From contig CM022671.1 of the NCBI GenBank assembly GCA_012295275.1, positions 35,712,001 to 35,776,000 of the forward strand: DNA of 64,000 nt. Direction: 5' to 3'. The stretch's first letter is position 1. The number at the start of each line of letters is the position of its first letter. Of this stretch, positions 1 to 12,885 are shown one piece after another. Both the position numbers and the translations under genes were made by a program. The notes under the pieces are model-generated. The model saw nothing but the letters and a program-made list of their open reading frames with translations, made no database searches and was not told the origin of the DNA. Origin of the DNA: Chrysomallon squamiferum (taxonomy: Eukaryota > Animalia > Mollusca).

Positions 1-1178
1 TATCTGGCTTTGATTAGAAGTCTATCTCTTGACAGCAGTGACTTGGCAGAAATCTGTTATTGACCCACAGCAAGAGATATCACAACTATGATAGGTCATT
101 TTGTTATTTATACAACAACACGCACTCATTGTTCAGAACAAGAGACATTACAGTTTAAATTTGATATTGATTACAAACTGTAGTAAAAATGTTGAGTAAA
201 ATTGAAATACAGTAAATATTGGTTATTTATTTATATCTTTTTTTTTTTTTAATAAAATTCTTTTAAAAAGACCTTAAATATAATAAAAATTGAATATAAT
301 AAAGTGTATCTGACATAAAATAAGTAAAAAAAAAATCCCATAAAACAAAGTAAAATAAAATAACATCTATATAAAATAAAATAAAAATATATATTTATTT
401 AAAAATAATACAATAAAAATAATAATAAAATAAAGTATATTAAATACTTAATATCAAAAATATTTAAAATGAAGTAAAATTAAAATTTTAAAAATTGAAA
501 ATTAACAAAGTAAAATAAAATAAAATAAAATGAAATAATGAAATGAAATAAAGTATAGGTAAAAAGAAAAGTTTTTGCACATTGACGAACGCATGATGTA
601 GTATTAGCTTTGCCTGTCAGATGTTTTGTGATATTGCACACAGCTGACAGTTGTGAGCATGCTCAGTTGCTGCATGTGCACTGTAGCTGCATTGAGCAAC
701 ATTGTTGTTGTGTTTGTGTTGTGTTTGTCTCTCTTTTCAACTAAAAATCACTCGTTATATGTTTCTTCTTCAGATGGTCCTGTAAAGAGGAAATTAAAAT
801 TATTATTTTAACATTTTAAAAAAAATTTAGCACGTGGATTAATTTGAAAAAATATTGTTGGTTCAACATTTAACAATTAACACTTTCAGAAATTGCAAAA
901 TTAGTTGCAGATTGCATTTAATAGTTTCACAAGTAATAGAGATCAGTTCCAGAATTTTCTGTTATGTATTTTTACTGTTATCTAAATTTATTGTTATCAT
1001 ATACACTTGACTATTTATTTTCACTCAATCACATTAGCTAGCACTTAATACTAATAGAAATAATACCTTTTTAAAAGGTAATATAATTTTTAATATACAT
1101 ATAAAAATGTCATTTATAATAATAATAAGAAGAAGAAGCAGAAATTTTTTAATAATAACAAAGATGATAATGATATAA

Positions 1179-1213
<35 letters not shown>

Positions 1214-1620
1214 AAAAATAAATATTCCCATGAGTGTTACAGGATGTATTTAAAAAATAAATGAATTGTATAAAGACATGATAAGTTTTAGTAAAGAAAT
1301 CTTTGTATAAACAAAAAGAGAAAGTAAACATGACTATTATTCATTTCTAAACTGTCTGTAAACTTACTGTTTTCCCTCTAAAGATATTTTTGATCACTTT
1401 TAAAACAAAATCATCCATATAAATGATTTGTCATTAGTGTTCAGATTAATTGTGTCCATCATAGTATGTTAGGGGTTTATGTTTCAGGATCATAATTTGG
1501 AACTAGATATCAGTGTTTGAGAACAATGAATGACAGGACTGCAAAATAGGACTGTAAGTTACAGGACAGGGACTTTGGGGGATATATTTGAGGAACCAAC
1601 AGTTAGAGGTAGGGGACTAT

Positions 1621-1869
1621 TACAGAGGACTTAATGCTGGGTGACTGTTAGAATACTGTATAGAGGACTATGTCAGAGGACTTAATGCTGGGTGACTGTT
1701 AGAATACTGTACAGAGGACTTAATGCTGGGTGACTGTTGAATACTGTACAGAGGACTTAATGCTGGGTGACTGTTGAATACTGTACAGAGGATTTAATAC
1801 TGGGTGACTGTTGAATACTGTACAGAGGACTTAATGCTGGGTGACTGTTAGAATACTGTACAGAGGACC
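1621..1869. repeat. Minisatellite, 37-38 bp unit ACAGAGGACTTAATGCTGGGTGACTGTT(A)GAATACTGT, ~6 copies
   Basis: Near-identical tandem copies read directly; intronic, ~80 bp upstream of the 1950 exon. Confidence 0.95.
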
Positions 1870-1949
1870 ACTGATAAATAAGTGTTATATAAAGAGGACT
1901 AGTAAATGTTTCTAGGGCTAACAAATCAACACTTTATTTGGTCTGTCAG

Positions 1950-2051
1950 GTTCCCAGGGTCACTATGGTGGATACACAGGATACACCGGTCAGCAGGCAG
2001 TGGCACAACCAAATTATGGAATGCAAAATGGTCAGATGACCCCTCAGCCAG
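1950..2051 (+). CDS. PBRM1: Internal coding exon of polybromo-1 (Gly/Tyr/Gln-rich low-complexity linker, (G)SQGHYGGYTGYTGQQAVAQPNYGMQNGQMTPQP(G))
   Basis: Acceptor ttggtctgtcag|G at 1949/1950, donor CCAG|gtaggt at 2051/2052. 102 nt, phase 1-1, open frame, GC-richer than flanks, and splices in frame into the next exon. The assignment to PBRM1 rests on phase continuity with the downstream exons. Confidence 0.75.
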
Positions 2052-2602
2052 GTAGGTAGTGACCACGGGTCACCTCAGTTTCAGGGGTCAGATGAATAAT
2101 GTGTTAACACTAATACTGATTGATATTAAAATGTGATCAATATTTAGATTGATATTAGATATTTATAGTGACTGGTATTAAAATATGATTATATATGAGA
2201 CTGAGCATGTTGTACATTGTCAAAATGCTTTTGTTTTACATGTTAGAGTAGTAGTTTTAGCACATCCGATTTTTATTTATTTATTTTTCTTTGTGTTTAG
2301 AAGAAAGCACTTGCATGGGTATTGGTAAATACATTGATGTGTAGTTTTAGTTTTTAAAATCATCTTCACCCTTCCTGCTGAAATAAATATAAACATTTTT
2401 ATATATATATTTTTTTAATATTATATTTTTATTTTTTTATTTATTTATTTATGCATTTTCCACACTTGAGAATAATTAAGGGTTTTTTCTTAATTTTTTG
2501 TATTATTTTATTAGGTTAGTTAAAGTCAGTGTGAAGGGGTGAAGACAGTTTTATTGTTTTTTTGTTTGTGCTTTGTTTATTTTGTTGCTGTTGTCGTACA
2601 AG

Positions 2603-2824
2603 GGATGATGTATGGAACATCAATGTCAACACCGCGAGGGATGACGCTGCCGCCAGGTCAGAGGTCGTTCATGCCACCCTATCCTCAGACACCCACCAGA
2701 CAGCCCGGACTCTACCCGGGAATGATTCAGGGTCAGGCAACAAGCTCTCTAACAGGCATGCCCCAGCCCCACCCTGGCATGTCTCCAAGTCCCTACCCCA
2801 TGAGTCCAGGTGGCACTCCACAAG
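2603..2824 (+). CDS. PBRM1: Internal coding exon of polybromo-1 (Pro/Gly/Met-rich: GMMYGTSMSTPRGMTLPPGQRSFMPPYPQ...SPGGTPQ); 3' end may extend to 2941
   Basis: Acceptor ...tgttgtcgtacaag|GG at 2602/2603 (phase 1). Lies within ORF 2539..2979. Donor CAAG|gtattc at 2824/2825, with an alternative donor TCTG|gtactt at 2941/2942; both are phase 1. Composition resembles the Pro/Gly/Met-rich segment that precedes the PBRM1 C-terminal domain. Confidence 0.8.
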
Positions 2825-3958
2825 GTATTCTGCCTTTCGGAACATCAGTGTACTCGAGGCTGGCTTCGACTCCCCCTGGTGACGGGATTTCCTACTTTGC
2901 ACCTGCCTTTCAGCGCATTCCTATGTCTTACCTGTACTCTGGTACTTCTCTGTCGTTTTCTCATCTCAGTGTTTTCTGACATCCACAAATATAAACAAAA
3001 TATCTTGTATAATCAGCTTTGTTTTTGTAAAATAAAGACAAAGAAGAAAAACATGCTAATACAACATAAATATTTTAAAAAATATAAAAATAAAAACAGA
3101 AAGTATTGGCATTTTTGAATCTAAAAGTGATGTATGTGCACAGTGATTTGTAAAAGCACACACTGATAAAATGATATTACAGAATTGCTGAGAATATATT
3201 TAAAATCAAAACTTGACTATTTCATTACAAGAGCTTTCCTATTATTTGTTTTAAGTGTTAAAGTTTATTTAATATCAGCTGGATCAGAAAACACTGTCAG
3301 ATGAAAAAATTTTAGTTGCACTGTTATAGTTTTAGTTTTATTTCTTTTTTTTTTACCAGTTTCTCTAACCATCTTCATTTATGCATTTTGAAGTTTGAAT
3401 AATCTATGAATAAGATATACTAATGATATATACTTTATTATATATTCAGTTTAGAAACAGAAGCTTTTCATATGTCGTCTATAACAAAATATTAAATATT
3501 CTTCGAAAGTTTAAAATGTACTAACATGATTCTTTTTTGCTGTAGTAACTGTTGCTTCAGTATCATAAAGAAATTTAATATGCCATGATGGTTTAATACT
3601 GTACAGATAATATCATGTGTACTTGATATTTTAACAGTTTGCAACATCTGGCTTAGACATTCCAAATATAACAGCTTTACATATTCCATAACAGTATATA
3701 ACAGAGTTAAAACTCTTACTGCCTACCAGCTACCATATTCAACATTTCAGAGATACATAATGAAATTTTAAATAGTTCATACATCAAATATTTTAGCATT
3801 ATTTTCTTGATATTTTAGTTTTCGTCTTGCTAGATAGGTAGACATAATATGCATCTTTTATATGCATGTCGCTAACTTTATAGTTAAAAATCTTACATTG
3901 TTAACTGAGAATATGCAGTCTATTGTTATAAAATTATATATATATATATATATACATA

Positions 3959-3992
<34 letters not shown>

Positions 3993-4594
3993 TGCACATA
4001 TTTATTTATTTATTTATTTATTTATTTTAAATGACAAAAGCGGTTACATAGATATACATTAAAGTAAAACATATTTAAAAGAAAAACAGAACTATTTTAT
4101 ACTGTTCATTAGCAGTGTAATATACCAACATTACAAAGTTGTGAAATTAGAGAAAGTTGACTCTCATTAGTTACAGATGACAGATTCCAAGGAATTTCAG
4201 GATTTCTCACAGTCTTTGATATCTGGCAAAGCTTCAGCTTTGATCTCGTGGTCAGAATTATTTTTAGACAGTTTTTATATAAATGGCCATCTCTTCTATA
4301 AATAGTTTATATAAATTTTTGCCTCTGGACCTGCTGTACTCATTAGTGCTTAAGTAGGATTTACTAAATATAAAGCATATCCTTTTCAAACATGATCAAC
4401 ATTTCTGAAGTTCTTTCAGGTGAAATTCCATTGTATAATCGGAAAAAAAATTCATAAAATGATTTGACAGTACGAAGTTGTAAAAACAATAGTTGTGACT
4501 CATCAAGCAATAAATGTTTTCATGTCTTAATGAAACAAAGATGTATTAACAGATTGTTTGCTGTAGGTAGGGGAATAAAATAAAAAAATGTACT

Positions 4595-4644
<50 letters not shown>

Positions 4645-6594
4645 ATAAACAGTCCAAAATAACAATTACAATTAGAGCTTCTTATAGAGAAAGGAGTAGT
4701 AATACAAAATGTAATAAAATAATAACGTAGAGAAAGAAATAAAAATAATAATAATGTGAAATAAATAATAATATTGAGAAATAAATATTTAAACAAATAT
4801 CTAGAAAGACGTAAAAATAATATATTAATAACAGTAATAAAAGTAATAATAAAGTGATAAATACAAAACTATACTGACATTTTAAAAAATGTGTTTATTT
4901 TATTGACTGATAAAGCAGACTGGAAGTGGAAGAATCAGGTTTTGTGGAAGTAATAAACAAGGAGATATCCCTTTGTAAATAATCTCATGTAAAGTAAATG
5001 TGATTTCTCTTTTTTGTTAGTAGAGCTAATAGAATATTTAGAGAAAATGATCACTTGACAGTTATTCTATATTTGAAAACTGATTTGTCATTGTGGAAAT
5101 TGTTGTAGAACATAAAATATTATTAAAATAATAATAATAATAACAGTAACAATAATAACAATAACTGTAATAATAAAAATTATAATGATAATGATAGTGA
5201 CAATGATGATGACGATGATGAATTGACTGCAGTTATTTTTTACTGTGCACAAAAACAAGAAAATTTGAATACTTGTGAGCACAAAAACAAATTATCTTAT
5301 GAATCATTTTGTTAATTTAGGAACAAAATCCGTTCTAATATATGTTTTATTTTATTGACTGTGTCACTTATGTGTTTAGTAAATATTACTGACAGAATTT
5401 ACACACAGACAGGCAGACAGACTGACAGGTGGTGTATATTGATAAATACGTTGTAGTGATATACGACTAAATAATAATTTGACACTTGTATTAATTTTCA
5501 ATACATTTGTAAATCCATCATCTGTGGTTCCTGTTGGATTTGGGACAAGTTGTTGTTAAAAGCATGGTCAGTATCCTTTATTACACTACTTGCAGTGTTG
5601 TCACCGGACACTGTGTGCTAACAGCATCCTTTATTGCTGTATCTGAAGTTCTGTTATTGTGTGTGGATGTGATCATTTCAAAATTAAACTCTGCACAAAA
5701 TACCCTAATTATGAATTAATGCCAAATGAAAGCCAAATATTAATTTTACCAGTGGTGTAATTTGCACATATTGTTGATCATTTTGCATTTGGAGTCAGTG
5801 ACTTAAAAACAAAAGGACCAAAGTTCTAACATAAATATGAAAACAGTTCTAAAAATATATGCATGTATTTAACATAACGGTGACCTTTATTGGAAGAAAA
5901 TGTAAAACTTTAAAAATAGCTGAGTATTAGAATATGAAAAGATGTTATTTTGTGTCATGGTCTCCCACCATTCTTGAATTTCATTTGCCATATATGTAGT
6001 AGACTACCTGAGCAGATAACAAGTGTGTATTACTAATTCTTTATAACATTTGTATAAACACAATTCTGCATGTGTCTGCAGCAGTGGAGGGAAGGGTCAT
6101 GGTTCTAGATCAATGGAGTATAGCATGCTAACATGCCATTTTTTCTTCTTCTTTGAATATTTAACAATCATATATTTGTCACGTTCTGAGAAATAGAATC
6201 GGTGTTATTGTTGTTGTTAACTATATAATTACACATATGTGCCTGTATTCACGTACACACACACACTCATACAGACATTCACTCACCTGCATGCATACAT
6301 CTGCACGTAAGCATTTGTGAGTTTTTGTATACATACATGTTCTGTTGATGTTATAGAATGTTTTACACACATTTTCAGTGAATCATGTAAAAAAAAAAAG
6401 GGGTGTATTTCAGTTACTTTCTTTTGGTTTTAAAGCAATTTACATTTAAACTGTTTCTGGGGTTTTAAAAAAACAAAACAACAACAAACAAACAAACAAA
6501 AAACTATATAACCTTTAGAAACCTCTGTATAAATCAGTTGTTTACATCACTTTGAAATGGTCTGTTTAAATAAGCTTTGTTTTATTTCTCAGTG

Positions 6595-7200
6595 AAGCTC
6601 TTTATTTAAGTCAGTTTAATTTTACTCTTACATCAGTCTATTTAAGTCAGTTTAATTTTACTATTGTAGCACTCTTTGTAATTCAGTTTAATTTTACTTT
6701 CATAGCAGTCTGTTTAAATCAGTTTACTATCGTAGCAGTCTATTTAAATCAGTTTACCATCATAGTAGTCTATTTAAATCAGTTTACTTTCATAGCAGTC
6801 TGTTTAAATCAGTTTACTATCGTAGCAGTCTATTTAAATCAGTTTACTATCGTAGCAGTCTATTTAAATCAGTTTACTATCGTAGCAGTCTATTTAAATC
6901 AGTTTACTGTCATAGTAGTCTATTTAAATCAGTTTACTGTCATAGTAGTCTATTTAAATCAGTTTACTGTCATAGTAGTCTATTGAAATCAGTTTACTGT
7001 CATAGTAGTCTATTTAAATCAGTTTACTATCGTAGCAGTCTATTTAAGTCAGTTTAATTTTACTATTGTAGCACTCTTTGTAATTCAGTTTAATTTTACT
7101 GTCATAGTAGTCTATTTAAATCAGTTTACTATCGTAGCAGTCTATTTAAATCAGTTTAATTTTACCCATGACTCAGTCTATTTAAATCAGTTTAATTTTT
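6595..7200. repeat. Minisatellite, 30 bp unit AGTTTACTATCGTAGCAGTCTATTTAAATC and variants
   Basis: Exact 30-bp periodicity at 6721-7050, with longer variant units (inserted AATTTT) on both flanks. Confidence 0.95.
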
Positions 7201-8272
7201 GCCTCCCTTTGAGCTATCGGGTTTAAATTAAATTAAATGCCACCTTGGAATAATTGACTTGAATCCCTTCAGTTATTGCACCTCTTGAAGTAGTCTGTTT
7301 AAATCAGTTAATCTGTGCAAAAATCAGATTGCATGTTTTTAAATGATTTGGGAAAAGAAATGGTTTAAGAAAATAAAGTTGATAGGTACATACTGCAGTA
7401 CACAGAATTTTATTCCATTTTCCAGCTTGGTGCAGTTTAAACATATGTTAAAAAATAAAAAATAAAAATAATAAGTAAGGCAAGGAAAGGAAAAAAGAAA
7501 ACAAGTTTGCTAATGATGAAGATAATTAATTTCTGGTAATGAAGCATTATGATTAATCTTGTACAACTTCACAGCTCTGCTAACAAATTACTTGTGAGAA
7601 AATGATATTTTTTACACCTGTTGTTTTCTTTTCAGGTAGATAAAAATAATAATGGTCAAAACAGACAGTTAAAAAAAAAAAAAAAAAAAAGCCAAAAAAG
7701 CCAAAAAAAAAAAAAAAAGAATCAGCATGAAAATAAGATGGCTAATGACCAACAGCTGAAAAAAAATAAAAAAAAAGAAAGATAAGGAAAAAAAAGAAAG
7801 AAAGAAAAAAAAAAGATTAGGAAAAAAAAATAAAAAGTAGTATTAACAAAATTGTGCTGAATCTTCAGTTGAGTTGATTAGTTTTCACCAGAAATCTTGT
7901 TTTATGAGTTTTGGTGGGTTTTTTTTCTGTTTTTAAATTATTGAAGACTATATTTCTGAACTTAATGTCTTACAAATACTTAAACATTCTGTGAAGATTT
8001 CAGTAAAAACCTATAAAATATATACATACATATATAATTTTTTTTTTTTTTAAAAGATGAATAGTATTACAGTATTAAAGGGTGATGTTTTTTATTTATT
8101 TTTACGATCTCAGGTTCCTAAGTAAGTTAATTTATAAGATCGTAAAACTGTTTGTTTTGAAGTGGACAAAGAAACTGAGGTCTTTAACTAGGATTAGTGT
8201 TTTAGATATATGTATGCAAGTAGACACAAAGGTTGACTTTTCAAAGTTTTAAATTGTTGTTTTTTTTTTTTT

Positions 8273-8309
<37 letters not shown>

Positions 8310-10573
8310 TTCTGTGGTAAATGTGAAATTCAGAACGAATATTTAAAATATTTTTATTATCTGAAAAATTTCCTTTTATACAAAACCATAATATAACTAC
8401 AGAAATATTCACACAAAATAGAGATGTACACATAAAAACTACACTCGTAGCCTCACAAGCATGTAAATACACATAAATGCATATAGGCATAGACAAGCAC
8501 ATATGCATATTTAATATGCATACATAATATGTATCGTAAATAGACACATTAAAGTAAAAGCTGATGTAATGTAGAACTGTTATTTGTTTCCATTATTTAT
8601 TTTAAATTTTTTTCTTTATTTTCTGATTTGATTAATGTTGATAAAGAAAAAAAAAAAGAAAGAAAAGTTTATTAAATCAATAAAGTATTGATGTTTAAAA
8701 TTTACTCATTGGTAACCAGTTTTGTAAAAACCATTTAAAAAAATAAAGTCAGAATAAAAAACAGCAACAACAAAAATACATAATTTCTTGCACATAACTA
8801 GACAGTTTTCTTATTTAACTTAATTTTAATCAAAAACATTTCCCTTAAAATGGATAAATAAACAAAAATATTCAAAGCATTTAGTTTCCACAGGTAAATT
8901 AATGTTCATAAAGAAATATTTTTAAATCCTATTGACAGTTTTTTTCATGAAAATAGAACATTTTATATTTCAAAAAATATACATTCTGCTTTGACACTAC
9001 AAATTATCAGTTTTATGAGATAAAAAAAAAAAAAAAAAAAAAAAAATATGGTAAGCAAAGTAAAATTATTATGAATATGCACATTAATGAATTTTCTCAT
9101 TTTAATTAATATTTATCAAGAATTCAACATACTTTATACACACACCTGCACATACACTCAACATACTTTATGTACTTTATCTATAAATGAGTTATTCTGA
9201 ATACATAATTCACATTCATACAAGTTAAGACATTTTTTTTTTATTCTCTTTCTCTCTCTTTCTTTCTTTTTTTTTTTTTTTTTTTTGGAATATACATATA
9301 AAAAAAAAATGATAAAGGAATTGTTAAATTTTCATATTTGAGTTAATATTTATAAAAATATTCATGATTTTCCTTTCATTCCTTTCATTCCTGTTGTTTT
9401 CCTATGTGGAGTGGAAAATTACTGTCTACTTCTGCTTACATCATTCATTCTCTGTCCCTCGTTTCTCTGACATTTCACCATCACACTGGAACTGCATACC
9501 AGACATAAAAACATGAAGTTCAAACTTTTTACCAAACATTAAAGTTATATTTAATATGTTATTATACACTTATCATTAGTTATCTTGATGGTGACGTTAT
9601 TCATACTGTGATTTTTAAAAATTATTTAGAATTTCATGATTATGCGGACAGTTAGGTTATAATGGTATTCAGTAACCATGGTTATTATGTATGCAAGCAT
9701 AATTTAAATCATTGGTTGATAGTTAAACCTCTATTGTAAAATATGGTAGTGATTTGACAGTTAATACATCAGGGTATGATTCTGTGAACTGTAAGTTTAA
9801 TTAATGCAGCATGTTGGTCTAAGTTTAAAATTATGTCCTGAATGGCCGTCCATACTTGACACCAAACAGAAACTGGTTACATCATCACTGTGTATTGAAC
9901 TGGATGACAACACTGTGTATAGATTTTCACAAAACTGGGTTGAGAAAATATTCTTGTTGATTTTGTGGGAGTCAAAAGTGGGAAATAAAAAAAAACCTCT
10001 CTTTTTTTTTGTTTTTTCTTCAAGTGTACTTTTAATTACTGGACAGAAAAAAAAAAATCAGATGTTTGTGTGAGTGACCATCTTTCATTGATTTTTATTT
10101 CTACATTGAGAATTTAAAGTAGAATGTAAGATAAATAAGAAGTGATGATAAAAAGTTTCTTACGAAATACGGTCTGTGTAACTATTTTCTGTAACTTGTA
10201 TACATACGTAATTCAAACGTATAATACAGCAGATGCATACATATAAACAAACGTACATAGACTGACTCATACATGCACACACACACACAGACACACACAT
10301 TTGCAGACTGACATAAATAGAGACACTGTGATTCAGAGAAAGGAATGTATATTAACTACTGACATTTCAGCTAAAGCACTAATTACCCATGTATAGATTT
10401 TTATACAGATGTTGTTATGTTGTTCTTGGGCCTCAGCCAGTCATTTCTGTTGACACTCACACTATTTGTGATGATTATGTTTATTTTACTGTTATTGTTG
10501 TCATTATTTTGATATTAATTTATCCACATTCAGATCTGTAAATGTAATAAAATACATGTCCACATAAACACGT

Positions 10574-10574
<1 letters not shown>

Positions 10575-10640
<66 letters not shown>

Positions 10641-10792
10641 TATAGATATACACACACATAGACAAACATATTCAAGGACACATATAAACAGATATGTATC
10701 CATTTTCTGTCTATATATTTTGTTTTATACTCTCTCTGTCTCTCTTTCTCTTTCTCTCTGTCTTTCACTCTTTCTCTCTCTATTGCTCACTT

Positions 10793-10861
<69 letters not shown>
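10575..10861. repeat. (CA)n and (CT)n microsatellites
   Basis: (CA)n at ~10575-10638 and (CT)n at ~10794-10861. Confidence 0.95.
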
Positions 10862-10864
<3 letters not shown>

Positions 10865-12139
10865 AATTAATATCCATTTTCTTTCTCTACTATATTTTCA
10901 ATAATTTGGTGGTTTTGGGGGATATTTTTTTGTCTGTCTTAATACACAGACATCACAACCATACGTTCTCTCTCTTCTTCTCATAATATAAACACACTCA
11001 CATGCACACACACATAAAACTTGTAATCACACAAACACACAGGCTCTCATATTACAGTCTGAAGAAGTAATTCACTAGGAAATGGAAATTAAATAAATCC
11101 CATATGCAGGAAATAACAAGAGTTGACTAGGTAAACTTTTTATGTGTTAACATCACCAGCTGGTGTAAAATGAGTTCAAAGTACAGCAGTCTCAGTTGTC
11201 TGCCCCTCTCTCTGTTAGCATGTTAGCAAGTTTGTGCTGCAGTGTAGTATAAATTTATAATTCTAACTACAACTTGTGCAGGTTTTAGTTCAGTGCTGTA
11301 AGAAACTGAAAAGCTGTAGCTTGCTAGATCAAACCTTGGTAACAAACTGTTTCACATTCCATCCATAGCTAGTTTATTTCAACATGGTTTGTGATGTACT
11401 GTCTTTAGGAATAACCCGCTTACTTGTCAGCGTAACCACAGCAAATTTCTATTCACTGAATTAGAGTTCATACAGTTTCATTTTATCATTAGTAAATGTA
11501 ATTTTATTTCAGATGGAAAAGAAAGGTCAGATTTCAGGTTTGAAATTATTTTATTTCGATGCACCATGGAACAAAATGAAGTTACCAGCTTTAGGATGCA
11601 GATTTACAAAAAGAAAAGAAAAAATACCAGAATGTAAAGAAACAAAATTTGTGAAGTTTATGTACCTTTCATGATCTCAAATGTTTGTGTATTGAGTACA
11701 CCAATGGGTATCATGTTGCCATAACCTAACCCATGCCAACTGTTTGCTTGACCAGACCTGGTCATTTTTAGTGGACAGAGGTCATTCCCAATGTAATTGA
11801 CCCTGTTTGTGAACATTGAACATTCGGTGAACTGATTCATCACATCACAGAAAGTAATTTAACATGTTTTTAATTTATACGTTTTTATTCTAGTCATATA
11901 GACCCAATGGATCCAGATTTTTTAAAGCTCTTTTTATTTTTTTATTTTTCTGCTGACAAATTAATTGCAGGCAGTGCTATATTGGTTTGATTTGTGATAA
12001 TACTGTAAATCTCAGATTTCTTGTGTGTTTAGTTTGTTTTGTAAATCTCAGATTTCTTGTGTTTAGTTTATTTAGTTTGTTTTGTAAATTAGCTCTGCCA
12101 TATGTTAATCAGTGCCAGTCTGAAATCTGTATTAGTCTC

Positions 12140-12330
12140 ATTTCTGTAACTCACACTCTCTTTACAGATAACACACAAACATTTCTGTAACTCACACTCT
12201 CTTTACAGATAACACACTTAACATGTTTTAATATTATCTCTCTTACACACACAAACACACAAACATTTCTGTAAACACACAAACATTTCTGTAACTCAAA
12301 ACTTTTCTTTACAGATAACACACTACACAC
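12140..12330. repeat. Short tandem duplications, ~40 bp unit ATTTCTGTAACTCACACTCTCTTTACAGATAACACAC
   Basis: Three full or partial copies visible. Confidence 0.8.
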
Positions 12331-12639
12331 ACAAACAAAAACATGTGTGTTTTAATATGTTTTTATATTATCTCTCTTACACTTAATAGTCTTTCTTTAT
12401 TAATAACTCAAACACACACACACACACACATAATATACTGAGTTAGTAAATAAATAAATACATATACTGAGTTAGTAAGATAAATATATACATATGTATA
12501 CAGTATTCTTACACACACAAACAGAAATACATGTTTGCAGGATGTTTGTGAGTGTGTGTGTGTATGTGTGTACAAATGTTTGCAAGCATATAGATATATC
12601 TAGATAGAAAATATTTTAAAACAAAGCATGTATGTTTTT

Positions 12640-12789
12640 TTTTGTGTACGTGTGTCTGTGTTAAATTTGGGTTTATTTGTGTGTGTCAGTATCTGTGTGT
12701 GAATGTTTGTGTGTATGTTTGTCTCTATGTGTGTGTATGTGTGTATGTGTGTGTGTGTATATGTCTGTTTTTGTGTGTATCTGTGTGTC

Positions 12790-12822
<33 letters not shown>

Positions 12823-12885
12823 CTGTGTGTGTGAATGTGTGTGAGTGTGTCTGTGTATGTGTGTGTGTATCTGTGTGTGTGTGAA
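12640..12885. repeat. Degenerate (TG)n tract
   Basis: Source of the Cys/Val-rich spurious ORF. Confidence 0.9.

Noticed and set aside
1-100. GC-balanced sequence at the window start as a possible upstream PBRM1 exon
   Set aside because: All three + frames hit a stop within the first ~65 nt, and there is no convincing donor.
591-650. Box C/D snoRNA (ATGATGT ... CTGA)
   Set aside because: Imperfect C box, boxes only ~55 nt apart, and no terminal stem or recognisable guide.
1621-1869. 37-38 bp repeats resembling a CRISPR array
   Set aside because: Head-to-tail with no unique spacers, in a eukaryotic intron, with no cas genes.
2539-2602. Signal-peptide-like N-terminus of ORF 2539..2979, suggesting a secreted protein
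   Set aside because: The start is GTG, and the hydrophobic stretch is just the translated polypyrimidine tract of the acceptor at 2602.
11513-11525. 13-nt microexon after ttttatttcag
   Set aside because: Weak donor (gtcaga), frame-shifting, no other support.
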